The position numbers and the translations under genes are program-made. Shown here piece by piece: positions 11,103 through 20,105 of a stretch of 58,044 nt of DNA (position 1 is its first letter; each line of letters opens with the position of its first letter). The notes beneath the pieces were generated by a model that was not told the origin of the DNA, made no database searches, and saw only the letters and a list, made by a program, of their open reading frames with translations. The DNA comes from Dimorphilus gyrociliatus (lineage: Eukaryota > Animalia > Annelida): NCBI GenBank assembly GCA_904063045.1, contig CAJFCJ010000080.1, forward strand, positions 1-58,044. The letters are read 5' to 3'.

Positions 11103-13049
11103 CCCAAAAGTAAACAAAAGTACAAGGGCTTTCAGGATCAAGAACTGGTCTCTAACTTACTTAAATCAAACCCTAACATCATTATAAAACCTGCTGATAA
11201 GGGTAGGAGAATTGTAATCATGGATAAAGAAGATTATGTATATGAGGCTCTTACACAACTTATGGATAGTACAACTTATAAAATAGTAGATCAAAAAATA
11301 AGCTCTACTAAATGGGCTAGAATCAATGAAATCCTACAGGAACTGGTCAAGAGAAAGATTATAAATAAGGCTACAGCAGCTTTGATAGCACCAGAGAACA
11401 ATGATGGGGAAAGAATTTTCTACCTACTTCCTAAGATACACAAACAGATGGGGGACTGGAGAATTCCAAACAAGATCCCTAAGGGAAGACCAGTAGTAAG
11501 CTATACAGGCTCTGACTTATATAAAATATCCAAATTTATTGACTACTACTTAGTCAGAATGGCCAAGAGCACTAACAGTTTTTTAAAAAACACCCAACAC
11601 TGTATCTCTAAATTTAAAAATATTGGCAACTGGCATAATAGAAAAATTTACACTGCAGATGTGGAGGCATTGTACCCCAGCATTAACCCTACATGGGGCT
11701 TAGCAGCAGTTAAAGAATATATGCAATCACACCCAGATATTGAGAGACCAGATGACTTGATATTGGAATTACTTTGGATCTGTCTTACAAACAATGATTT
11801 CCTCTTTGGAGACCATAGGTTCCTCCAGATTAAGGGTACTGCTATGGGAGCCCCATTCAGCCCTGCTTATGCCAACATAGTCCTACATACATGGGAACAT
11901 GGTATAGTTACTAAACAAGATCACAATGTAGAATACTATGGTAGATATATTGATGACATCATTGTTATAACAAAACCAGGAAAATGTATCACAGAACTTA
12001 TACTGGAACTGGAGAATAAAAATACAGATATTAAGCTAACATGGTCAAAAGACCCTAAAGCTGTTACTTTCTTGGATTTGGACTTACAAATTCAGGAAAA
12101 TAAACTGGTATGGCAGACTCACTTCAAAGAAACTGACTCTAGAATAATGTTACATACTAAATCCAACCACCCTAAACACACCTTCAAAGGGATTCTCATG
12201 AGCCAGCTCACAAGATATAAGAGAAACTGTAGTAACCCTGATGTAGCTATCAGGCAATTCAAAGAGCTTATAAATCTTAACAGAGATAATGGTTATACAA
12301 TATCTATGATGAGGAACACAATAAAAAAATGGAAAACAAAAGACAATGAAAATAATATCCAGAGCTATGAGATACAGAAATGTAATAGCATGAAATGTGA
12401 TACTTGTCTTAGATTAGGCTCTGATAATATGGTTTATGACTTATACAAAATTAATTATTGGGAACTTAAAGGTAACATCACCTGTTCCACCAAGGGATGT
12501 GTATATCTCCTACAATGCTCTACATGCTCTCTGGTCTATGTAGGCTTAACAACTGACTCCACTAAAAGTAGATGGGGAACCCATAACCTGGCTTTCAAGA
12601 GTAAACTAGATAGACCTTTATATAAACATATGCTGGAACATGGTATCAAGAAAATGAACATTTTTATTGCTTCAATAGCTCCAAAGGAGCTCAAAGATCA
12701 CCAACAGCAAATATGGCTAATGAGAAGAGAAACATATATAATTAATTATCTTGACACCAGAACCCCATATGGACTCAACAAACATCAGGGTTTCACAACT
12801 AAGGAGATGGTACCACTACTAATACCACAACATAATAAAGCTCAGGAAATAGCAAAAAAAGTTAGAGATGCAATTCACAATATGACCTTGGATAGCTCAC
12901 ATTTGAAACTATATAAGTCCATCACAGCTTTTAGAATTCCCACTACAACCAGAGCCCTGATAATCAACAAAAAGGTGGATGATATTATGGAGTCATATAT
13001 ACAGACACTATGTCAAAATAAGGCATGGAGCCTTCCCACTAACAGATGA
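11103..13049 (+). CDS. PLE reverse transcriptase + GIY-YIG endonuclease (open from 11103; first ATG at 11220)
   Basis: IIIKPADKG, YLLPKIHK, GRPVVS, ADVEALYPSI, QIKGTAMGAPFSP, RYIDD and FLDL motifs. Cys linker C-x4-C-x2-C...C, VYLLQCSTCSLVYVG, RWGTH, H-x3-H, RRE and GLN. Confidence 0.95.
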   Translation, partial: PKSKQKYKGFQDQELVSNLLKSNPNIIIKPADKGRRIVIMDKEDYVYEALTQLMDSTTYKIVDQKISSTKWARINEILQELVKRKIINKATAALIAPENNDGERIFYLLPKIHKQMGDWRIPNKIPKGRPVVSYTGSDLYKISKFIDYYLVRMAKSTNSFLKNTQHCISKFKNIGNWHNRKIYTADVEALYPSINPTWGLAAVKEYMQSHPDIERPDDLILELLWICLTNNDFLFGDHRFLQIKGTAMGAPFSPAYANIVLHTWEHGIVTKQDHNVEYYGRYIDDIIVITKPGKCITELILELENKNTDIKLTWSKDPKAVTFLDLDLQIQENKLVWQTHFKETDSRIMLHTKSNHPKHTFKGILMSQLTRYKRNCSNPDVAIRQFKELINLNRDNGYTISMMRNTIKKWKTKDNENNIQSYEIQKCNSMKCDTCLRLGSDNMVYDLYKINYWELKGNITCSTKGCVYLLQCSTCSLVYVGLTTDSTKSRWGTHNLAFKSKLDRPLYKHMLEHGIKKMNIFIASIAPKELKDHQQQIWLMRRETYIINYLDTRTPYGLNKHQGFTTKEMVPLLIPQHNKAQEIAKKVRDAIHNMTLDSSHLKLYKSITAFRIPTTTRALIINKKVDDIMESYIQTLCQNKAWSLPTNR

Positions 13050-13413
13050 CACAACAATAATCAACCAATAACTCAGTTCTGGCACTTGGAACCCTAAGAG
13101 CCCTGATAGCCCTGGGAGCCCTAAGGCCAAAATAATAGTTGGTAACAATCCTACTTATATTTGGGTGATATGGAAGCCACAATAACTTTAGTACCTTGGA
13201 TAGCCCTGAAAAACAACAACAGTGTTGAGAAAAAAGAAAAGTGTAAATAGATGGCACTAGTGCAAGGGTGGCCATCTATTGTAATATCAATTAACTACAC
13301 ATGTGTGTGTGTTTTTTATGTATATGCATATATATGGTGTTGGTTTGTATGTACTTAGTAAATTTTTTATGTTTGGTAAAAGGGTATATAAACTCAATTT
13401 TGTTCAAAAATGC

Positions 13414-13454
13414 ATAACCTGATGAAGCCTAGATAATAGGCGAAATATTGTTAT
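13414..13454 (+). ncRNA. Minimal type I hammerhead ribozyme (PLE-type, palindromic stem III region)
   Basis: ATAAC-CTGATGA-A-GCCTA-GATAA-TAGGC-GAAA-TATT-GTTAT. Confidence 0.88.
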
Positions 13455-13515
13455 ATTTCTTTTAATACAGTTTATTCAAAATTTTACTATGAGTCTTGGT
13501 GTTTCCTCTTTCTAA

Positions 13516-13813
13516 CCTGACCAGGGAGAGCCCTGCCTAACATACAATTTTATTTGGAGAAAACACTACCTATTTGGAGAAAACACTACTTATACTTAAT
13601 GCTAACCATATACTAAAACTGGGAGTACAGAGAGCCTTGATACTATATACAAGGGCTCTTACTCATCATTAATATTTCTAAGACCTGACCAGGGGGAACC
13701 CTGCCTAACATACAATTCCATTGGAAAATATTTCCTGGTACTTGGACCTTGAGACTAACCATATCCTAAACCAGGAGTACAGAGAGCCTTGATACTATAC
13801 ACAAGGGCTCTTA
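13516..13813 (+). repeat. Two tandem 168-bp structured units in the PLE 3' UTR
   Basis: Units start at 13516 and 13684. Each has hairpins CAGGG-N4-CCCTG and GAGCCTTG-N10-CAAGGGCTC. Confidence 0.8.
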
Positions 13814-14289
13814 TGTTAATAGTTCTGTGAGTGGCCTAACCCCAACCAAAACAAAACCTAACCCTAACCTAACCCTAACCCAGATACAAATTAGTGAAAC
13901 TTTACAACTAACCCTAACCTAAGATAATGGAACCAACACTTAACTCAGCAGAGAAGAAGGTACAGACTGGACAGACATGGGACCTGTTCTGAACAATTGT
14001 TAAATAATAAAGAATGGGGTAATTTGTGGGGAGACACCTCTCTATGAGAGAACAGATGGTTGACAGTTGGCAGTGAACAAAAGTTCCCCAACAAAAGGTC
14101 CCTTCTGGTTTCCCAATCAACACAAAGACAACCCATTGACAATCATACATGAGCAGTCTAATGTAACCATAACCTCTACCTTCAACCATCTCTCAGTGTA
14201 TTCCTTACATACAGGAACAAGTGTGTCTGATATATATAAGGGGTTGAAAGTTTAACATGGGTCCACAGACCGTATGCTACATAGTACCC

Positions 14290-14940
14290 TAAGGATATAT
14301 ATATCAAAGAGTTAGTTTTGATCCAAAAAAATCAGTGATGTGACAAAAATGTCCCAAATCTGGGCCGTTTAGGAGTTTCGTTATGCGTCATCCTAGACGT
14401 TTCAATTTTGTTGGAGGTGATAGAGCTCGAAAAGAGCTTTTCACTGATATGCTACACGACCATGTAGCTCTTACAGTTCAGGAGTGGCTGAGCTTCGAAA
14501 ATCGAAAATTTTCCGAGTTCGGGTAGAAAAATAAAAATATTTTTTTCTATCTTTCCGACGTAGGGGCAAGCTTGGATTCAAGTTTGAAAGCAATCCGACG
14601 ATTTTGAAAAATTGGCCTTCACTGAGGCTCTGGACTTGTAAAGATTTCGCGAAAATCATTAATTTTATAAGTTCATTGTCATGTTAATTACCTGTAAAAA
14701 CGTTACATTCGCCTGGGTACTTAGAAAGATTTTGGAAAAAATATTTTCCGAAAATATTCTAAGTCCAGCCTAACACAGTGTTAGGTTTTGGACTTAGAAA
14801 AATTTCGACTGAAAAAAGTCGATAAATTTTTCAAAAATATTCTAAGTCCAAATTGGAGGTGAAATCACCCCTTATCTTAGATTCAGTTATATTTCATGGT
14901 GCGGTAATGAATAGGGCTCTGGACCGCCCCATGCAAATAG
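14290..14940. repeat. CpG-rich, DNA-transposon-like segment with an internal palindrome cassette
   Basis: Visibly higher CpG content than the flanks; alternating TTCTAAGTCC/GGACTTAGAA units at 14718-14849. No ORF recognised. Confidence 0.4.
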
Positions 14941-14949
14941 GATTGGCCA

Positions 14950-15300
14950 TATATGTACAGAGGAAGGAACATAGAATTGAATCTAGGTCTTCTTCTGTTA
15001 CATTTTATGAAAAGTGACTTACCTGATTGTTATACCTGCGATTTTTGAAAGGTTACCCTCTAATTACTATAGAACGTAGGGTCGAGATACTGGTAATAGA
15101 GTCTAAGGCTGCCAGTCAGCCATCCTCACCTACCACCGTTAACTTCAAAGCTCCATAGCTCCGCAACCGCTGGGCCGATTTCGTTCAAATTTTGCACAGT
15201 TGCTCAGTTCAATTAGATCTAGCACTGTGTAAAATTTCATAACGATCGGAGCAAGTTGAAATTTCAACTTTCATCAGTGGTCGACTTGCTTTACTGACCA
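14950..15300 (+). repeat. Left arm of an approximately 350-bp diverged inverted repeat
   Basis: Colinear with the reverse complement of 16683-17036; both inner ends stop at GACTTGCTTTACTGACCA. Confidence 0.8.
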
Positions 15301-15364
15301 CCAAATAGGTGATTTGTTGCGAGATAAAGTGTGGGATCAAACCAGTACCTATCCTAAGGTATAG

Positions 15365-15694
15365 TAAGCCTCTCAGAGATCAGTCTGGTGGCAATCTAAC
15401 CAGCCACTTTTCCCCTCTCACTTGATAAAGGAGGAATACCTCCGAAATATTGTGAGTTTTAATCTGGTGACATTTTGTTAGTTGCTAAATACAGGTTCTC
15501 TTCACCCTTGTGGAGAATTTGTAAGTGGTTTTGTTGGAGATACAGTTACAGCTTAGGCTGGGGAATTGCTACTCAAGATAGCAACTCCTCAATAGCTACA
15601 CCAACCCTTAGCCAAAGCTTGGTTATAAGTGTGTGTGCACTTTTGGGATTGCCAGTCTGTACTGATTGTGCTAATCCCTAACCCCAAGACCTAA
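15365..15694 (+). mobile_element. Solo PLE pseudo-LTR (family Y) with degenerate hammerhead and CCCTAACCCCAAGACCTAA tail
   Basis: Colinear with the reverse complement of 43673-44005. Hammerhead 15417-15456 has core TTGATAA instead of CTGANGA, with intact stems. Confidence 0.8.
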
Positions 15695-15815
15695 TACAAC
15701 AAAGTACAAATACTTGCATAATTCATTTCATTAAATTTTTCAAAATTTTATTGTATTTCAGTGCACAAAAGAAATCAAGCCATCATTAGTATGAAATGTT
15801 ATCTCAGCCTCATTG

Positions 15816-16110
15816 CTAACAATGGCTCTGACATTCCTCACGTTTAGGACAAGAGATTTTCTGACAAGCAGAAAAGCATTGATATCTCTGTAAAAAATAG
15901 ATTGATTTTAATGTTGTTAATAATATATGTTACTCTTTTCAATACCGGTAGTCCTATTCTCTTATTTAATGTTTGATGAAGTGCATTAATTAATTCTTCT
16001 CTTTCCATTTGATTCAAAATGGATCTCAAACTGTTTTCAGACATTGGCAGTGAAAAAGTCTGGAGAGAAAGACAAACAACCAAGCAAACAATTAGAAGTT
16101 TTTTCTCCAT
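15816..16110 (-). CDS. 82-aa secreted prepropeptide with a Cys-rich mature peptide (exons 16110-15934 and 15887-15816)
   Basis: Signal-like MEKKLLIVCLVVCLSLQTFS and a 46-nt GT-AG intron (15933-15888) give ...KRIGLPVLKRR-YQCFSACQKISCPKREECQSHC-stop. TATA-like element near 16180-16187; AATAAA at 15752-15747. Confidence 0.7.
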
Positions 16111-16508
16111 TTTATCAGAATGCAAAACTGTTTCCCTCAGAAAGAAAAGCAATATAAAAATGTCATTTTCTCTCCTGCTCTTATAAAGACCAGCTCAAAA
16201 CTGGTTTAAAACAAGTTCTATTGTAAATATATTGAAAGAATATTGAAATTATTAAAAAGTTCATGAAAGCATTATATTTTGAACTAACCTTAAAGTATTA
16301 TAATCCTAACCTTCATCAATTTACAATAATAGATGTCAGAGTCTGAAAAAACAGAATGCACATTCAATAGATGAACAATGTTGAACTAATATTGCACTAT
16401 GCTTGTATTTTAATTTTTGGCCTACGCCTTTTGTGTCAAGGTTTTTCAATCTATGACTTACTGACAAGCTGAAATTGCACTCACACTGGATATAGGTTTA
16501 GTTAATAA

Positions 16509-16660
16509 GGATCCCACAGAAAATGTCCCCAAATGCATGGCTTAACCCTAACCCTATCCTAGCCCTTATCTTTCCCTGACCTCTTTTTTTACCTGTAACC
16601 CTTATATGGAACCTCCCTAACTACAAATCAATAGTTATTTTACTTCAAAGTATTGCTGAC
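16509..16660. mobile_element. Partial MULE-type MITE, same family as 33116-33319
   Basis: GGATCCCACAGAAAATGTCCCCAAATGCATGG matches the reverse complement of the 33.3-kb terminus. Confidence 0.55.
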
Positions 16661-16682
16661 TACTTTTCGTTTGCCTTGATAA

Positions 16683-17036
16683 TGGTCAGTAAAGCAAGTC
16701 ACCCATTAAAAATAGTCATATTTTCAAACTGCTCTGATTTGTTTGAAATTTTGCACAGAGTTAGGTATAGAACACACCAATCACTGTATATAATTTGAGC
16801 TAAATCGGCCCAGGCGTTTAGGACCTATGGTCGTTTGAAATAAATGTAGGTCACAACCAGTTGTCATGTGTTTGTGACTGCCACCAACTTTATCTGATAT
16901 TAATCCTTACATTTTACACCAATTAGAGGGTAACTTATCAAGTAAACACAGGTATATAAATCAATTTGCTACCTCTCAATACATGTAACACAGGAAGACC
17001 TAGATTCAATTCTATATTCCTTCCTATGTACATAAA
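16683..17036 (-). repeat. Right arm of the approximately 350-bp inverted repeat
   Basis: See 14950-15300. Confidence 0.8.
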
Positions 17037-17046
17037 TACATACATT

Positions 17047-17300
17047 TGGAACTAGAAACTCGTTTTTACTCAATACATATTCTTTGGGCGAAATACTGGT
17101 ATTTTGTTGATTCATTTCCTAACCTAACCCTAAACAAGCAAGTTTAAACAACCAGCTGACAGTTAGAGAACTGAACTGTCTACTGTTGAATTTGTAGGGT
17201 TTATATACTTTTCCAATAGTTAACAGTTCACAGATAAAACTATGCACACAAACAAATGTAATAATTTGGATAAAGGAAAAGTTCAAATATACTTCCATAT
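17047..17300. mobile_element. Two LTR (family A/C/E) fragments in opposite orientation, joined by CCTAACCTAACCCTAA
   Basis: 17047-17117 matches the LTR R/U5 region forward. 17134-17300 matches the adjacent upstream LTR region in reverse (compare 30150-30320). Confidence 0.75.
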
Positions 17301-17307
17301 TTATTAC

Positions 17308-17913
17308 TGTACAACTTTCGTTCTATTCTATTCTTATTCTATACTACTATTATACATAACTTACTACAAACTGATGCAAGGAAATATAATAACATGTGGC
17401 TTAACACAGACCTTCTTGGTCATACTTAAGGTTCATCCTAAGTACCACTTAAGTTTTGGCCACATTATGATTGATGAGCTTGTCTAAGGTTTTGGCCAAA
17501 CTATGATTAATTAACTTTCTCAAGTGGGGAACTTTGTAACATATTGTTCTAAGGACAAACATGAACTAGGTGAGTTCACAGCTGTAAACTGTTGATTGGA
17601 TGCTAGACAATAATCTTCAAGTATATAACTCCTCACTGCTTTACTCCAATCAGCTAACCTCAACATGGGAGGATCAACTGGAACCAATGCCCACTGAGAT
17701 CTTTCTACTTCCTCAACATTGGACACTAGCTTGGTAATTTGTCAACCTACTGTTACCCACTACTTACTCTGCTATTGAACTTTCATATTGTTACTTGCTT
17801 AAGTATTATTTTCAATAAAGCACTTGAATTGAAACACTTTGTTTAAAGGTTTGAGTAGAACCAGTACTGTTATAAGTTACAAACACATAAATTGGCAAGA
17901 CCAAAGCAGTACA
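17308..17913 (+). mobile_element. 5' LTR (family B), TGTACA...AGTACA
   Basis: TG...CA termini, followed by a PBS and gag. Homologous to 27307-27848 and 41578-42199. Confidence 0.9.
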
Positions 17914-17917
17914 AATT

Positions 17918-17936
17918 TGGCACAGTTGACAGGATT
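17918..17936 (+). promoter_or_regulatory. Primer-binding site, tRNA-Ser-like
   Basis: TGGCACAGTTGACAGGATT, 4 nt after the LTR. The other copy reads TGGTGCAGTCGACAGGATT. Both resemble the TGGCGCAGTCG..AGGAT tRNA-Ser PBS of 17.6/297-type elements. Confidence 0.75.
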
Positions 17937-17977
17937 TTCTAATTTGGTTTATTTATACTTTTGGAAGAAAAGGAAAT

Positions 17978-19599
17978 ATGGTAGAAGGAGGTAATGGAAA
18001 TACCACTGGAGCAGTCACAGACACTAATCCTTCTACCCCAGCAACTCCAACAATCACAATTCAACCAGCAGGGATTTCAGAAAGGCAGCAGAGACTAATT
18101 GAGGACTATGATAGATTGGTATATGAAATGAAAAGAAATAATATTACAATTCCTCCAGGCTCTGAAAATGTAACACCTCACCCAGTACAAAATCCCAATG
18201 TAGATATTACAACCCTAATTCAAACATTGAGAGCTGCTTGGGACTGCCCTCAAAGAGCTATCCTCAGGTTATATGATGGTAGCAAGGAATGTTCAAAATT
18301 CAAGGAAAACTTTTATCAAGCATGCAATGCTTAAGGTTGGGTTGGTGAACATAGTATGAAAGCAAATCTTTTAGATTACTTAACTGGCCCAGCAGTTGGT
18401 CAACACTCTGCATCCAAGATGTCAAACATTGGCAGAATTATATGATGCTGCTAAATAAGCAGAAATTTCATTAAAGTTAAACCAGAGAAAATCAATCACA
18501 ATGGTGTCTAAGTTGGAAACAAAGGAACAAAAAAAGACCAAAGTGATTAACAAAGATGCTTCAACAGAAACCCCAAGTTTTTGGAATAGACAGCATCCAC
18601 CTGACTACAGGAAGGCTGCTAAAGAAAAGTGGCAAAGCCAGAAATTCCAAAAGTATGCACCCCCTATGAATAGGTATTATAAGAAAAATCAACAAGCCAA
18701 GTTGATCCTGAAGGAGGAACCTAAGCTACAAAAATTGGAAACACTGGAAAATGACAGTTCATCAGAAAATGATGAAGTACAAGATATTCTCTGTTTTTCT
18801 GATAGTTAAGAATCTATATGTCAGTTTTTACAAAGTAAACAAACTGAGAGAAATTCTTCAACTTTTATTGGACAATTTGAAACTAAAACTGGCTTCAAAT
18901 TTGATGCCTTAATAGACTCTGGTAGTGACAGGTCTTTTATTTCAAAAACAGTATTAAAACAAATTCAAGGGAAAGCATCCTTTCCAGAGCCAACTGTGAA
19001 AAATGCTAGAGATGCTTCAGGCAACAGCATTGAGATATATGGCGAAATTATTTTAAAACTACACATCAATGGGAAAATTATTAAGCAAAGCTTCCTAATC
19101 AACAAAACCATAACACAAAAGTGTATTATAGGTTGTGATTTTCTACAACAGACTGGAGCAACTCTTGACTTTTACAAAGGACAGATTATACTGCAGTCAA
19201 TTACAGAAAAGAATTATCCACTTGAAACTCAACATTTATCCTTCAAAGGACTTCACCCAGTTCCTTCCATCACAAAGAAAAGTGAAAGTCAAATACATAG
19301 TCTTCAGACAAATATTGAACAGGAAAATTCAGAGCTGGAACTAAAAGTCACAAAAACTCTGGAAAATATCAAGATACTATTGCAGAAGACAGATTTGACA
19401 TTGGCAATCCAGATGCTCCACCCCTGGAAATTACTTTACAACCAGGTTCAACCCCATATAGACAAAAGCCTTATAGAATGCCTCCTCAAAAACAAGAAGA
19501 GTGCAAGCAACAAATAGCTGAATTAGTAAAAAGCAAAGTTATTCAACCAAGCAAGAGTAACTGGGCTTCACCAATTGTTTTTGTAAGAAAGAAGGAAGG
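17978..19599 (+). pseudogene. gag: Defective gag-protease-(start of RT) of Gypsy family B
   Basis: ORFs 17978-18334, 18501-18809 and 18996-19517; FDALIDSGS protease motif; PYRMP...SNWASPIVFVRKKEG RT start; stops and frameshifts. Confidence 0.85.
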
Positions 19600-20087
19600 T
19601 GTGCACTTAGAAGTAGCTCACGCCCAGACTATTTTAGGATAAAAGGCAATTGGGACAATTATTTATTACAAATTGTAAACATTCAATTATATAAGTTGTT
19701 AAAATAATAGAATCATCTATTAAATGGGATTAATGGTTTAAATATGACGAACTTAGAATGGTGAAGGTTGCACAGCTGTTATTTACCACAGGAAAAACAA
19801 CAATTAAAACAATAGAATTGACTATTAGAAGGGCTTAACCATTCAAATATGACGAACTTAGAATGGTGAAGGTCGCACAGCTGTTGTTTACTACAAGAAA
19901 ACAACAACAAATGTTTGCAAACCTGTTAAGGAAATTATTGAAAAGGTTTAGCAGCTGTTTTATCAAATGCTTAATTATGGACTGGCATATGTTCATTATT
20001 TCTTTAAGAATTCTTGTTACATTTGAAAGATGAAAGTGATATCCCTATCACTTCCATCTCAGCTATTGTTTAGTAAATATATATTTA
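19600..20087 (+). repeat. Repeat D copy 1 (starts TGTGCACTTAG; internal repeat of about 103 bp; followed by a CCCTAA tract)
   Basis: Direct repeat of 21645-21938; same first 11 nt as the LTR at 26154. Confidence 0.8.
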
Positions 20088-20105
20088 CCTAACCCTAACC
20101 CTAAC

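Larger units (their letters stand above)
11102..13922 (+). mobile_element. 5'-truncated Penelope-like retroelement (Neptune-type), with hammerhead in the 3' UTR and CCCTAA tail
   Basis: RT + GIY-YIG ORF, hammerhead at 13414-13454, CCCTAA tracts at 13835-13881 and 13908-13922. Confidence 0.9.

Noticed and set aside
13835-13922. True telomere or chromosome end
   Set aside because: All tracts are under 50 bp, imperfect and flanked by unique or TE sequence.
16544-16567. CCCTAA runs at 16544, 33285, 46640 and 54193-54325 as breakpoint tracts
   Set aside because: They are internal to MULE-type MITEs, so they were excluded from the breakpoint count.
17520-17726. Short ORFs within LTRs (also 17242-17487, 27298-27757, 41812-42042, 335-535)
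   Set aside because: They recur only because the LTRs are repeated, and have no coding motifs.
17918-17936. tRNA gene
   Set aside because: Only an 18-19-nt complement of a tRNA 3' end (PBS). No tRNA, rRNA or CRISPR array was seen in the window.
18332-18334. Shared gag TAA as a programmed readthrough site
   Set aside because: Further stops and frame changes follow within about 150 nt in both copies, so gag is defective.
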